Positions 1-10,920 of a stretch of 64,000 bases of DNA are shown here, piece after piece; within the stretch, counting starts at the first letter, position 1, and each line of letters starts with the position of its first letter. The position numbers and the translations under genes are program-made. This DNA comes from Dehalococcoidales bacterium (lineage in GTDB: Bacteria; Chloroflexota; Dehalococcoidia; Dehalococcoidales; UBA5627). Location of the stretch: contig JBBAED010000004.1 in assembly GCA_041656115.1 (NCBI GenBank), forward strand, positions 10,186 to 74,185. The letters run 5' to 3'. The notes beneath the pieces are model-generated. The model was not told the DNA's origin. It did no database searches and saw nothing but the letters and a program-made list of their open reading frames with translations.

Positions 1-119
1 TATTCTGTTTCCAACGCTACTCTTTCAACGTATAACATCTCAATGATATCACCGTCAACAGGTAGTGTCAAAAATAGATGTTCTTAAATTATGCGGCCTT
101 TATGATATAATGGCCTGTT

Positions 120-1103
120 ATGAAAATATTGGGGATTGAATCGTCTTGCGATGAAACAGCGGCGGCCGTTGTTGCAAACGGAACCGACGTGCTTTCAAAC
201 GAAATTGCCTCACAGGTGGAAATTCATGCCCGCTACGGAGGGGTTGTTCCCGAAGTGGCTTCCAGGCAGCACATCCTTGCGGTTATTCCGGTTATCGATA
301 AAGCACTAAAAGATGCTGCCGTAAGCTGGGAGGATTTAGACGGGATTGCCGTCACCGTCGGACCCGGGCTGGCAGGCTCGCTTTTGGTCGGTGCCAGTGT
401 TGCCAAGGCCTTGTCAGCTGTCAAGGGGATACCGCTAATCGGCGTTAATCACCTTGAAGCTCATTTATATGCCAACTGGCTGGGAGAAAACAAGCCCGAA
501 TTCCCGCTGCTCTGTTTAATTGTGTCCGGCGGCCATAGTGATCTTATCCTTATGCGAGGGCATGGGGATTATACGGTATTAGGCAGAACGCGCGACGACG
601 CCGCGGGCGAAGCCTTTGACAAAACCGCCCGAATACTTGGGTTGGGATACCCCGGAGGACCGGCGATTGACAAGGCTGCCGAAGGCGGAGATGCCAATAT
701 TGACCTGCCGCATTCCTGGATTAAAGGCACCAACGATTTCAGCTTCAGCGGCGTTAAAACATATTTACATAAACTTAATGAAGACGGAAAAGTCGATAAA
801 GATAACATCGCCGATTTGGCCGCCAGTTTTCAAAAAGCCGTAGTGGACGTTTTGGTAGGGAAAACAATCGAAGCCGCTTTGCAAAACGACGCCAAACAGA
901 TACTGCTTTCCGGAGGAGTCGCTTCCAATCGAATGTTACGCCGTCGGATGAAAGAAGAATCACACATTCCGGTATTAATCCCTCAGCCGGTCTTTTGCAC
1001 CGATAACGCCGCAATGGTCGCATCCTGCGGTTATTTTCGCCTTAAAGGCGGCAAAACCAGCGCTTTAGATGTTGATGTAATCCCCGGACTCAAGTTAATC
1101 TGA
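120..1103 (+). CDS. tsaD: tRNA N6-adenosine threonylcarbamoyltransferase TsaD (Kae1/Gcp family)
   Basis: 327-aa ORF. N-terminus [18 protein letters not shown] and the GVNHLEAHL metal-binding motif are typical of TsaD/Gcp. Confidence 0.9.
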   Translation: MKILGIESSCDETAAAVVANGTDVLSNEIASQVEIHARYGGVVPEVASRQHILAVIPVIDKALKDAAVSWEDLDGIAVTVGPGLAGSLLVGASVAKALSAVKGIPLIGVNHLEAHLYANWLGENKPEFPLLCLIVSGGHSDLILMRGHGDYTVLGRTRDDAAGEAFDKTARILGLGYPGGPAIDKAAEGGDANIDLPHSWIKGTNDFSFSGVKTYLHKLNEDGKVDKDNIADLAASFQKAVVDVLVGKTIEAALQNDAKQILLSGGVASNRMLRRRMKEESHIPVLIPQPVFCTDNAAMVASCGYFRLKGGKTSALDVDVIPGLKLI

Positions 1104-1170
1104 AACAAAAAGCCGTAATTTTGATTTGCCTCACACGCTTTCTTACGTTTAATTTCCTGCCAATTAAGGG

Positions 1171-1199
1171 TTGCAGAAAATTTTTATTTGTTTTATTAT
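1171..1199 (+). promoter_or_regulatory. sigma-70-like promoter of the groES-groEL operon (TTGCAG-N17-TATTAT)
   Basis: -35 TTGCAG and -10 TATTAT with a 17-nt spacer, directly upstream of the CIRCE element and groES. Confidence 0.45.
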
Positions 1200-1206
1200 A
1201 TGTAAG

Positions 1207-1233
1207 TTAGCAGTCTCTCTTTGGGATTGCTAA
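1207..1233 (+). promoter_or_regulatory. CIRCE-like inverted repeat (HrcA operator), TTAGCAGTC-N9-GATTGCTAA
   Basis: Matches the CIRCE consensus TTAGCACTC-N9-GAGTGCTAA at 14 of 18 arm positions. It lies between the promoter and the groES RBS. Confidence 0.6.
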
Positions 1234-1267
1234 TAGTTTTGAAAATTCAAAAGAAGGAGGAATACAA

Positions 1268-1561
1268 ATGGCAATTGCATTGCAACCGTTAGCCGACCGA
1301 GTAGTCGTCAAACCGATTGAAAGAGAGGAGATGACCAAAGGGGGAATCGTCTTACCCGATACCGCCAAAGAAAGACCGATGGAAGGCGAAGTAATCGCTG
1401 CCGGACCCGGAAGAATGACCGATGACGGCCAGAGGATAGCCATGGATGTTAAGGTTGGTGATATCGTTGTTTACGCCAAATACGGCGGAACCGAACTGAA
1501 AATAGACGGGCAAGATTACATGATCTTGAACGAAAGCCAAATCTTAGCAAAAAAAGCTTAA
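1268..1561 (+). CDS. groES: co-chaperonin GroES (10 kDa)
   Basis: 97 aa, strong RBS AAGGAGG, sequence [12 protein letters not shown]...[13 protein letters not shown] is typical of Cpn10. Confidence 0.95.
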   Translation: MAIALQPLADRVVVKPIEREEMTKGGIVLPDTAKERPMEGEVIAAGPGRMTDDGQRIAMDVKVGDIVVYAKYGGTELKIDGQDYMILNESQILAKKA

Positions 1562-1621
1562 CCGGACGTTTACGGAATTAAGATAAGAAATATTTATTAA
1601 GTTAACATAGGAGATAAATAA

Positions 1622-3259
<1,638 letters not shown>

Positions 3260-3299
3260 TTCCCGCATAAAAAACCGCACAAGGTATAGACAAACTAAC

Positions 3300-3334
3300 A
3301 GGCGCGACGTTTCGATGTCGCGCCTGTTTTTATT
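3300..3334 (+). terminator. rho-independent terminator after groEL
   Basis: GC-rich hairpin AGGCGCGAC-GTTTCGAT-GTCGCGCCT followed by TGTTTTTATT. Confidence 0.6.
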
Positions 3335-3402
3335 CTTAGAAGATATGTTTGACTGCAAAATCTATCGCTTACCCATTGACAATACTGTCCGGGGCAAGCG
3401 TG

Positions 3403-4755
3403 TTAAAGCTGCAGTAATTTTTCCAAAGGTTCCTCTCGGCTGATAGGGCCCACAACCGCTAATTTCAGAAGGTCGGCGGCCATTAACTCGTTAGCAATTT
3501 GCCAAACATCTTCCGTGGTAACCGCATCTATTTGAGCCACCACATCGCTAACGCCAAGGATATTGTTACTTAAGATTTCCTGAGTCCCCAGCCAGCTTGC
3601 CATATTACGATTATCTTCCAGCCGCAAAAGAAGCCTGCCTTTGGCCATTTCCTTAGCCTTGGTAAGCTCCTCTTGTGAAACCTTGTTTTTCTTGAAATCG
3701 GCCATTTGATCCGTAATAACCTCAATAGCAAGCGGTAACTTTTGCGGCTCAACCCCGGCATAGACAACCAAAGACCCCGTATCGGATAAATGCTCGGCGT
3801 AACTGGCAATGGTATATGCCAATCCGCGCTTGTCGCGAACCTCGTTAAAAAGACGGCTGCTCATACCGCCGCCGAGAATAATATTTAAAATATCCAAATG
3901 GTAGCGTTTGCGGTCAAATCTGGATAAGCCGGGCAATGCCAGGCACAGGTGTGCCTGTTCTATTTTCCTTTTCTCAATCTTTACCGCCTCACAGTCCTTA
4001 AACTTATAGCTTTTAAACTTGTGAGAATGGTCTTTTTTATTCCATCCGCCCAGGCATCCCTTAACCGCCTCAACCGCCTCATCGTGCCCGATGTTACCGG
4101 CAATCGATACAACCGAGTTGGACGGCAGGTAACTTAAGCGCATATATTCCAAAATGTCTTCGCGCGATATTGCCGCTACCGTTTTCTTGGTTCCGGCGAC
4201 ATCACGTGCCAGAGGGCTTCCGTACCACAGGGATTTGTCAATCAGCCGGTTAACCTTTTGGTCGGGGGCATCATTGGTCATTTTGATTTCTTCAAAAATA
4301 ATTTGGCGTTCTTTTTCAATATCCGCCGGGTCAAGTTTCGCATTAAGCAGCATATCGGAAAGAACATCTAAGGCAACATCAAAGTGAGCGAAAGGAACTT
4401 TGTTCCAATATACGGTCATCTCTTTATCCGTTCCGCCGTTCAAAACACCGCCCACGCCTTCAATCGCCTCTGAAATCATTCTTGTTTCGGGGCGTTTGGC
4501 GGTTCCTCTAAAAAGCATATGTTCAATAAAATGCGAAATTCCGCCAACCTTTTCTTTTTCATAACGTGAACCCACACCGGTAAAAATACAAACGGAAACC
4601 GAATGAGACTGCGGCATATTTTCCGTAATTATTCTTAATCCGTTATCCAATACTGTTTTTTGATACAAAATGCCGCCTCCTTTTTTATTTGAGGCCATTT
4701 TATCACCGATTGGCTCAAAAGTACCAATTAAAAAGATAAAAAGACAAGAGTGCAA
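3403..4755 (-). CDS. M16-family zinc peptidase (pitrilysin/insulinase-like)
   Basis: 450-aa ORF with the inverted zinc motif HFIEHMLFRGT (HxxEH) and a long M16 core. The true start is probably the internal MASNKK (about 4698). Confidence 0.8.
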   Translation of the reverse strand: MHSCLFIFLIGTFEPIGDKMASNKKGGGILYQKTVLDNGLRIITENMPQSHSVSVCIFTGVGSRYEKEKVGGISHFIEHMLFRGTAKRPETRMISEAIEGVGGVLNGGTDKEMTVYWNKVPFAHFDVALDVLSDMLLNAKLDPADIEKERQIIFEEIKMTNDAPDQKVNRLIDKSLWYGSPLARDVAGTKKTVAAISREDILEYMRLSYLPSNSVVSIAGNIGHDEAVEAVKGCLGGWNKKDHSHKFKSYKFKDCEAVKIEKRKIEQAHLCLALPGLSRFDRKRYHLDILNIILGGGMSSRLFNEVRDKRGLAYTIASYAEHLSDTGSLVVYAGVEPQKLPLAIEVITDQMADFKKNKVSQEELTKAKEMAKGRLLLRLEDNRNMASWLGTQEILSNNILGVSDVVAQIDAVTTEDVWQIANELMAADLLKLAVVGPISREEPLEKLLQL

Positions 4756-4916
4756 TGGGCGGGTTAAATCCGACGCGATAATTAAATTTCGGATTAAAAT
4801 CTATTGACAACGGAAGGCAACAGGACTAATATCGATAAGGACAAATTGTTAAAAATAGGCTGCGGTGCCAACGGGATTTGTCCGGATAAAATTGCAAAAA
4901 TAATACTTAAAAAGGG

Positions 4917-5249
4917 GTGAGCGGAATGCCAACTGGTAAAAGAAAGGGCGTAGCCATGATGATTGGTGCAATGGCAATTCTTGCAATTGCGCTACTGGTC
5001 TTTACAACACTCAACACTTGGGGCGAATGGATTGCAAGTTACCTCAACAACATATCCATGGATGGCTTGCCGCCGGAAACCCAAGCGGCAGCCGGTGCAA
5101 TGTTTGGGGCTTTAAAACTCTCGCTTGGAGGAATGATGGCACAGGTTGGCGGGTACATGAAAGTTGTCGATAATTTTGTGGGAATTCTTTTAACTTTAGT
5201 TTCGATGGGATTATTTACCAACGGCTTTATCACCGTAAAGGAAAATTAA
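4917..5249 (+). CDS. hypothetical small membrane protein
   Basis: 110-aa ORF with two predicted hydrophobic helices and a plausible RBS. I do not recognise a family. Confidence 0.4.
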   Translation: MSGMPTGKRKGVAMMIGAMAILAIALLVFTTLNTWGEWIASYLNNISMDGLPPETQAAAGAMFGALKLSLGGMMAQVGGYMKVVDNFVGILLTLVSMGLFTNGFITVKEN

Positions 5250-5309
5250 TCCCGAATAAGTATCAAAAAAAGGAGCTGTCTCAAAGTTCTCGATTGGTTA
5301 TTTTTGTCT

Positions 5310-5339
5310 TTGACAAAAATACCGCTCCCGTAGTATCAT
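5310..5339 (+). promoter_or_regulatory. candidate promoter of the tRNA cluster (TTGACA ... TAGTATCAT)
   Basis: Consensus -35 TTGACA 15-18 nt upstream of a TA-rich -10-like hexamer, about 20 nt before tRNA-Trp. Confidence 0.3.
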
Positions 5340-5360
5340 ATTGCTGCTAGATGGGGCCTT

Positions 5361-5437
5361 AGGAGTGTAGCTCAGTCCGGTAGAGCAACGGTCTCCAAAA
5401 CCGTCGGTCAGGGGTTCGAATCCTCTCACTCCTGCCA
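5361..5437 (+). tRNA. tRNA-Trp(CCA)
   Basis: Cloverleaf with acceptor AGGAGTG/CACTCCT, anticodon loop CUCCAAA, T-loop GGTTCGAATCC, encoded CCA. Confidence 0.85.
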
Positions 5438-5438
5438 T

Positions 5439-5524
5439 GCCGAGATGGTGGAATGGCAGACACGCTAGCTTGAGGGGCTAGTGAGCGCAAGCTTGTGAGA
5501 GTTCAAATCTCTCTCTCGGCACCA
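5439..5524 (+). tRNA. tRNA-Ser(UGA)
   Basis: Acceptor GCCGAGA/TCTCGGC, anticodon loop CUUGAGG, long variable arm typical of Ser, encoded CCA. Confidence 0.85.
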
Positions 5525-5533
5525 AATGGAAAT

Positions 5534-5608
5534 GCGGAAGTAGTTCAGCGGTAGAATGCCTCCTTGCCAAGGAGGAGGTCGCGAGTTCGAATCTCGTCTT
5601 CCGCTCCA
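5534..5608 (+). tRNA. tRNA-Gly(GCC)
   Basis: Acceptor GCGGAAG/CTTCCGC, anticodon loop UUGCCAA, T-loop GAGTTCGAATCTC, encoded CCA. Confidence 0.85.
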
Positions 5609-5615
5609 TCTAAAC

Positions 5616-5690
<75 letters not shown>

Positions 5691-5879
5691 CTGGCTTACC
5701 CTAAAGTTTTGCTCTTACTTTTCTCTTGTAGATTTTTTGATTGCCTTGCTGCCTTTAAAGCCCTTCCGCCCAAACTCAATGTCCGTTTCTTTTACATAAC
5801 ACTTTCAAATAGTTTGATAGTTTATGACGTTACCCTTGCAACTCTGAGCGCCCTCTTTTTGTTATTCCGCGCCCCCCTC

Positions 5880-6425
5880 TGTCGTTCTGAGCGTAAGCGA
5901 AGAATCTAGGGGCTAGCGGATAGTGCAGCGTTCGGTTACGGGTTTTACGTTAGAGCGATTCCTCTTTCATGATTCTGAGGCAACCTCATAGTCCAAATTC
6001 CCCGTCCTCCTAGATCCTTCATTTCATTCAGGATGACAAACCACTCGTTCGCCCTGAGCCTGTCGAAGGGTCCAACGAACGGGTGGTCTAAGGGTTACTA
6101 TTCGTCTGCCGTTATGGTTCGACAAGCTCACCACGAACGGCTGGGGGGCCCTCCTTTTGTCATTCTGAGCGTAAGCGGAGAATCTAGGAGTTGGCGGATA
6201 GCGCACCGTTCGGTAACGGATTTTATGGTAGGACGATGCCTCTTTCCTATTGCCAAAGATACCTAATAGCCTGTATCTCTCATCCTCTTAGATCCTTCAT
6301 TTCATTCAGGATGACAAAAATAGTAACGTCTTTGCGAGGAGCGAGCCGTTAAGCGAGCGACGCGGCAATCTCTAAGGAATTTAATTTATATTAGATTGCT
6401 TCGCTGCGCTCGCAAAGACAAAAAG
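5880..6425. repeat. nest of MITE-like intergenic repeats (families A, B, C) #1
   Basis: Contains GTCATTCTGAGC...TTCAGGATGACAAA units, a CGTTCGCCCTGAGCCTGTCGAA...TTCGACAAGCTCACCACGAACGG unit and a GTCTTTGCGAGG...CTCGCAAAGAC unit. All recur at six other loci in the window. Confidence 0.85.
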
Positions 6426-6528
6426 AGAGTGCTCTGAAAGACAAGAGAGAACAAGAAATCTATTTGATGAACAACACCTGGCAAAATCAATATTGACAGG
6501 AATATCCGAGGATTGCAGTAAACTTTTT

Positions 6529-6942
6529 TTACTTAGCGGAATCTTTTTTTAAGTTAAATCCGATTGTACTTAAAATCGGTGCGCTCAAAATAATAAATGC
6601 CCACAACAAATCTGTGTAATTGTTTAAACCCAAAGGTTCCGCCAGTGCAAAAGGCAGCACCCCGCCTACAACCGCCCCGATTAACCCGAACAACAACGAG
6701 CCTTCATAACGTAACTTCTTTTTAAAAAAAAGAATACCGATAAAAACACCGAGGGGATATCCGAAAGCAAGCCCCAGCACAGCACCTATCAGCCCGCCCC
6801 AACCGTCACCACCTTGCAGCAATAACGCCATCAGAAAGGCCGCAAGAATACCGAAAACGAACCCCGCAAAAGAGGTTCCGATAATCATCGTTACATATTT
6901 TGACGTTTTTTGCATGTCGTAAAAATTAAAAAGTTGAATCAT
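6529..6942 (-). CDS. hypothetical integral membrane protein
   Basis: 137 aa, four predicted TM segments, glycine-rich helices. No recognisable catalytic motif. Confidence 0.5.
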   Translation of the reverse strand: MIQLFNFYDMQKTSKYVTMIIGTSFAGFVFGILAAFLMALLLQGGDGWGGLIGAVLGLAFGYPLGVFIGILFFKKKLRYEGSLLFGLIGAVVGGVLPFALAEPLGLNNYTDLLWAFIILSAPILSTIGFNLKKDSAK

Positions 6943-6975
6943 AACCCGTAAGGTTGTAAAATATCTTGTTGGAAA

Positions 6976-7060
<85 letters not shown>

Positions 7061-7187
7061 CCGACAAAGAACCTCAACTTCAAACTTTTAACCCTCGAAT
7101 TTGCATTATACGTCCATTCATGACAGTTCCAAGAGACAACCGGATGCCTCTACTGGCTGTTATTAAAACATTTTAATTGATTAATTA

Positions 7188-8129
7188 TTAACTGACAGAA
7201 TTACGGTTTTTGAAGAATAGTCTAGACGTGTTGCATATTTTACACTGGATGTAAAATTCGTTCTTACGCTTATTTAATCTTAATAGGGCATTACACCCAG
7301 GGCAACGTTCTTTAATTGATTTTGTCTTATCACATTTATTGCATTTAAAGTAGTAACCATGTTTTCCGTACATAATACTCAAATCATCACTGTTACAATT
7401 AAAGCAATAAATCCCAGTTCTTGCTTTTGAAATTGGTAAGGAACGCTTTGCTTCAATATTCTTCGTGGGAATGCTGCCTTTTGCTGTATGTCGAGAACAT
7501 AGAAATCTGGCAAGTTCGTTTTTTGTGTCGAAATCAAGTTTAACCGGAAAGGGTTTTGAACTAATTATTAAAACTGAGTCAAGTTTTTTATATTCTTTAA
7601 TAATATTATTTATCTCACTGGGGATTAAATCAGCTTTAAAAACATTATCATTTTTTATATCACTAGGTCTATCAATTACACCGGTATCCGATATTGCCAC
7701 AAGTATATCAATGGGAATTTTTTCATAAGTATTACGCCCAAAAAGTATATTAGTAAGCTCTTTCGTTGGTTTTAATCCACTTTCTATTAAATAGTTCCGT
7801 AAAAATGATGCTTGCCTTTTCGCTTGCTCAACTGGAGAGGCTAATCCAATGTTAAAATCAGTACGTTGCCATTCTCCAAATTCATTGATTTTTATCTCAC
7901 CTAAAACACTTTTGCTTTCAACTATTATCATTCCGTAATCGTGAATTACCAGATGGTCAATTTGCGCGACGTCATTGTCCATTTCTAATCTAATACCGTT
8001 TATAATCAGCACATCTTTAGAATACTTAAATTCTCTGCTTAAATAGAAGGCCATTGTTTTTTCTGCATTATGCCCTGCTTTTGTAAATTTATCCGAAGAA
8101 TTAATTGAGTCAACGTCTTTAATAATCAA
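7188..8129 (-). CDS. NERD-domain (nuclease-related, PD-(D/E)xK-like) protein with C-terminal tandem zinc ribbons
   Basis: 313 aa. The N-terminal 120 aa fit a NERD domain (…FYLSREF…HLVIHDYGMIIVESK). The C-terminus carries four CxxC pairs (CFNC…CNKC…CPGC…CKIC). The gene is markedly AT-rich compared with its neighbours. Confidence 0.7.
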   Translation of the reverse strand: MIIKDVDSINSSDKFTKAGHNAEKTMAFYLSREFKYSKDVLIINGIRLEMDNDVAQIDHLVIHDYGMIIVESKSVLGEIKINEFGEWQRTDFNIGLASPVEQAKRQASFLRNYLIESGLKPTKELTNILFGRNTYEKIPIDILVAISDTGVIDRPSDIKNDNVFKADLIPSEINNIIKEYKKLDSVLIISSKPFPVKLDFDTKNELARFLCSRHTAKGSIPTKNIEAKRSLPISKARTGIYCFNCNSDDLSIMYGKHGYYFKCNKCDKTKSIKERCPGCNALLRLNKRKNEFYIQCKICNTSRLFFKNRNSVS

Positions 8130-8338
8130 TCCGTCCCTCCAGAGGCTAACAACCAGCCGTCAATTATCATGTTATTACTTGTCGAAGCAGTTTACGTAAT
8201 GATATTAATACAGGCTTGTTTATTATGCAAACTTTTGTAAAAACATATCCAATAAGTATGCCTTTAATAAGATTGCAGATGGGGTCGGATAATAAATTGA
8301 GAAGACCTTAACCAAATGTTGTCAGGGGTTGACAGTGG

Positions 8339-8773
8339 TTATTTTGCTTTCTTTTCGGAAACAAAGGGTTTTTTCCACCACGGAATTTTAGGAGTGGTCA
8401 ACAGTTTTAATTGCTCTATCTGGCTTTCCAGATTACGAATACGTTCCGTTGCGATACCGAGCTGAGCGGCCATGCTGACGTTCTTTTCCTGAAGCTCTCG
8501 TAAAAGACTTATACTTTGCACCAGTGCCTCGCCGGGGTCATAGTTTGCCATCTGGGAAAGAACTTTTTCCGATTCATCGGATTCGGGGGTTTCTTCGGCA
8601 GGGCTTAAATCCGAAGGTAATTCCAAAATACGATACTCCTGACCGAACTGTCCTGTAATCAGCTCGGCCTGAATCCTTCCGGACTTAATGTAACGCCTGA
8701 TGGTTCTGGTGGATACCCCCAGCGCCTCGGCAGCTTCGTTAATGTTCATATTTTCAAATACACCCATTGACAA
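8339..8773 (-). CDS. excisionase/MerR-like helix-turn-helix DNA-binding protein with coiled-coil tail
   Basis: NINEAAEALGVSTRTIRRYIKSGRI matches the excisionase-family HTH. The C-terminal half is heptad-rich (LRELQEKNVSMAAQLGIATERIRNLESQIEQL). The real start is probably an internal Met (8767 or 8749). Confidence 0.7.
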   Translation of the reverse strand: MSMGVFENMNINEAAEALGVSTRTIRRYIKSGRIQAELITGQFGQEYRILELPSDLSPAEETPESDESEKVLSQMANYDPGEALVQSISLLRELQEKNVSMAAQLGIATERIRNLESQIEQLKLLTTPKIPWWKKPFVSEKKAK

Positions 8774-8886
8774 GTCTATAGTTATTTTTCTTTTTTGTCA
8801 ATGGGGTAAAGCACCATTATAAACACCGAGGCCGGACAAATCTCTATGATCAGTCCGGCCTCTAGGTTTTTCTTGTTTCCGTGAAA

Positions 8887-9030
8887 CTACTGTGCTTTAC
8901 CAATTTTGAACATCTTGGTGGCACAAACAGGACATACGCCCTGGGTTGCCGGGCGGCCGTTTTTCATGGTTATCGCTTTGGCATCTTTCATTTCTCTTTT
9001 CTCGCGACACTTCATACAATAGCCTTGCAT
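8887..9030 (-). CDS. small zinc-ribbon protein, DUF5679-like (47 aa)
   Basis: Minus-strand ORF MQGYCMKCREKREMKDAKAITMKNGRPATQGVCPVCATKMFKIGKAQ with strong RBS AGGGAGG. Two CxxC pairs. It is below the 60-aa cutoff of the ORF track. Confidence 0.55.
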   Translation of the reverse strand: MQGYCMKCREKREMKDAKAITMKNGRPATQGVCPVCATKMFKIGKAQ

Positions 9031-9190
9031 TGGTTCCCTCCCTTTTTAGCAGTTTGTAGCTAGAATAAACTATCGCAAGGCTATTGTCAAGTATTTTGAG
9101 CGTAAAATCGGAGAAATTTATTTTTTACGATAGAGCCAAACGTAAAATAAGGGTGATTTCATGCATTAAAAACTTAAAAACCGGCTGGGG

Positions 9191-10174
9191 TTAATCTTTA
9201 ACAACAGGGGCGAGCGGAAGCAGGAGTGTCTTACCCGGTTTTCTTTTGAGGTAAGATTTGGTGTAATTAACGGGGAAAGAGTAAACCACCTGCGCTTTGG
9301 GGTACTCCAAACAAAAGAGGAAGATGCCAACCGTTTGCGATTTGGTGCCGAAGGGACCGATTACCATATTAAAAGAATCCTTTATTTCGCGATAGATATC
9401 TTCAAGGACGGTTCTTGTTGAATGCGGATCGTCCGCGGGAACATCTCTTAATTCCACTCCCGGCTGGGAAAGCAGAAAAGCGTTATTGTTTTTAGCATAC
9501 TCCAAGTATTCTTCGTTGTTATTTCGCGGAGGGTTTGTAATCAGGGCAATTGTGCGTACGGGATTAAAGTGTTTCCAGACCGTAAGCGAACGCTCCGGTT
9601 CAAAACCGAGGAACAATACCAAAACGGTTTGTTTTTCAAAAGAAATCGAACCGAAGAAATTTTGAACGGTGGAAATTTGCTCCACACCCCTGGTCAGCCT
9701 TGTCGGGGCATAGCTTTGTGTGGTATGGACAATACGCGGAATACCCAAGTTTTGTCCTTCGACCAAAAAATGCAGTAGCTCCAAAAGGTAAATTTTGGTA
9801 AAACCGCTTATGTCGAGGGTGATATGGGAGTCGTCAACGTCTTTCGGGCGACAGCGATTCCATATATTTTTAAGCTGTCCGATACCCTCTGCCGGGCTGT
9901 CGCGCTGGCAACGGATAACGAAAACACCTTCGGAGGTTCTTTTGCTGAGATGCCCTTGTAATTTCAGCATATTGGTTTCAACAACTTGCTGATAAAAAGG
10001 TTCTTCAATGGCAAAGATAATACTGAAACGCACACGATAGCTGGGGCCGGCTTTGGCGGCCGCTTGCAAGCATCTGTCTTCAAAGCTGGAACAACAGATA
10101 AACAGGTCGTCGGGACCGTATTCGTTAAGCCTGGTTAAATTCTCTATTTCAATTGGTTCTTCGTGTACCTTCAT
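9191..10174 (-). CDS. hypothetical protein (327 aa, probable alpha/beta fold), function unknown
   Basis: Long ORF with coding-like composition and alternating hydrophobic strands (VLVLFLGFE, IALITNPP). I find no recognisable motif. Confidence 0.55.
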   Translation of the reverse strand: MKVHEEPIEIENLTRLNEYGPDDLFICCSSFEDRCLQAAAKAGPSYRVRFSIIFAIEEPFYQQVVETNMLKLQGHLSKRTSEGVFVIRCQRDSPAEGIGQLKNIWNRCRPKDVDDSHITLDISGFTKIYLLELLHFLVEGQNLGIPRIVHTTQSYAPTRLTRGVEQISTVQNFFGSISFEKQTVLVLFLGFEPERSLTVWKHFNPVRTIALITNPPRNNNEEYLEYAKNNNAFLLSQPGVELRDVPADDPHSTRTVLEDIYREIKDSFNMVIGPFGTKSQTVGIFLFCLEYPKAQVVYSFPVNYTKSYLKRKPGKTLLLPLAPVVKD

Positions 10175-10399
10175 CGCTGTAAACCTCTATAACACTACCC
10201 CAAACACTTAAACGGATCTAATTGATAAAAGACACAGAGCTTTCACACAACTATAACTGCCCTAAGAAATATTGTCAATTATTTACAAAACCAATATTTT
10301 TGGAATTTAAGCGCTAACCAAACCGGTTTTGCCTCGTTATATTAGAGTGAGTTGTAAAAAACACATCAAAATAAACTAATTTATATTGAAGGAGAACAA

Positions 10400-10894
10400 A
10401 TGAAAAAATTGGTACTGTTACTGCTTGGATTGGTCTTGTGTATCGGTACAGTAGGCTGCGACAACGGAAACAACAACCGGGGCAACCTGGAAGGAAATTT
10501 GGAAGACATACTGGCTAATATTTACGAAAACGCCAAAGTGGATGAATCGTTTAAAGAATTTGTTGAAAACGGATTGTACACAACTGAAATCACCTCCGAA
10601 AACGTCGGCTACTTTTTAGGAAAAGAAGGGTTGGAATTTGAATCGGGGATTGCCTCCGAACCGATGATTTCTATTTCTGCTTATTCATTATGCTTGGTGC
10701 GTGTCAAAGACGGCACCGATATCGCAAAAATGAAACAAGAGATTAAAGAAAACGCCGATCCGCGCAAATGGATTTGTGTCGGAGTTGACCCGCAAAATGT
10801 GATTGTCGATAATGTTGGGGATGTAATTATCCTTTTAATGAGTAATTATGAGTTAGAGGCGCTGCATAATTCGTTTTTATCACTGGGGAAATAG
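10400..10894 (+). CDS. putative lipoprotein
   Basis: 164 aa, strong RBS GAAGGAGA, signal peptide MKKLVLLLLGLVLCIGTVGC with lipobox-like Cys, acidic mature domain. Confidence 0.6.
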   Translation: MKKLVLLLLGLVLCIGTVGCDNGNNNRGNLEGNLEDILANIYENAKVDESFKEFVENGLYTTEITSENVGYFLGKEGLEFESGIASEPMISISAYSLCLVRVKDGTDIAKMKQEIKENADPRKWICVGVDPQNVIVDNVGDVIILLMSNYELEALHNSFLSLGK

Positions 10895-10920
10895 CTTCTA
10901 AAATTAAATAGGGATTATGC

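Noticed and set aside
8881-9063. 60-aa plus-strand ORF.
   Set aside because: It is the antisense shadow of the much better supported minus-strand DUF5679-like gene (8887..9030).
7061-10200. Looked for a direct repeat of the tRNA-Leu 3' end marking the far boundary of the NERD locus.
   Set aside because: No convincing copy was found by eye between 7061 and ~13000, so the island boundary remains undefined and no mobile_element feature is called.
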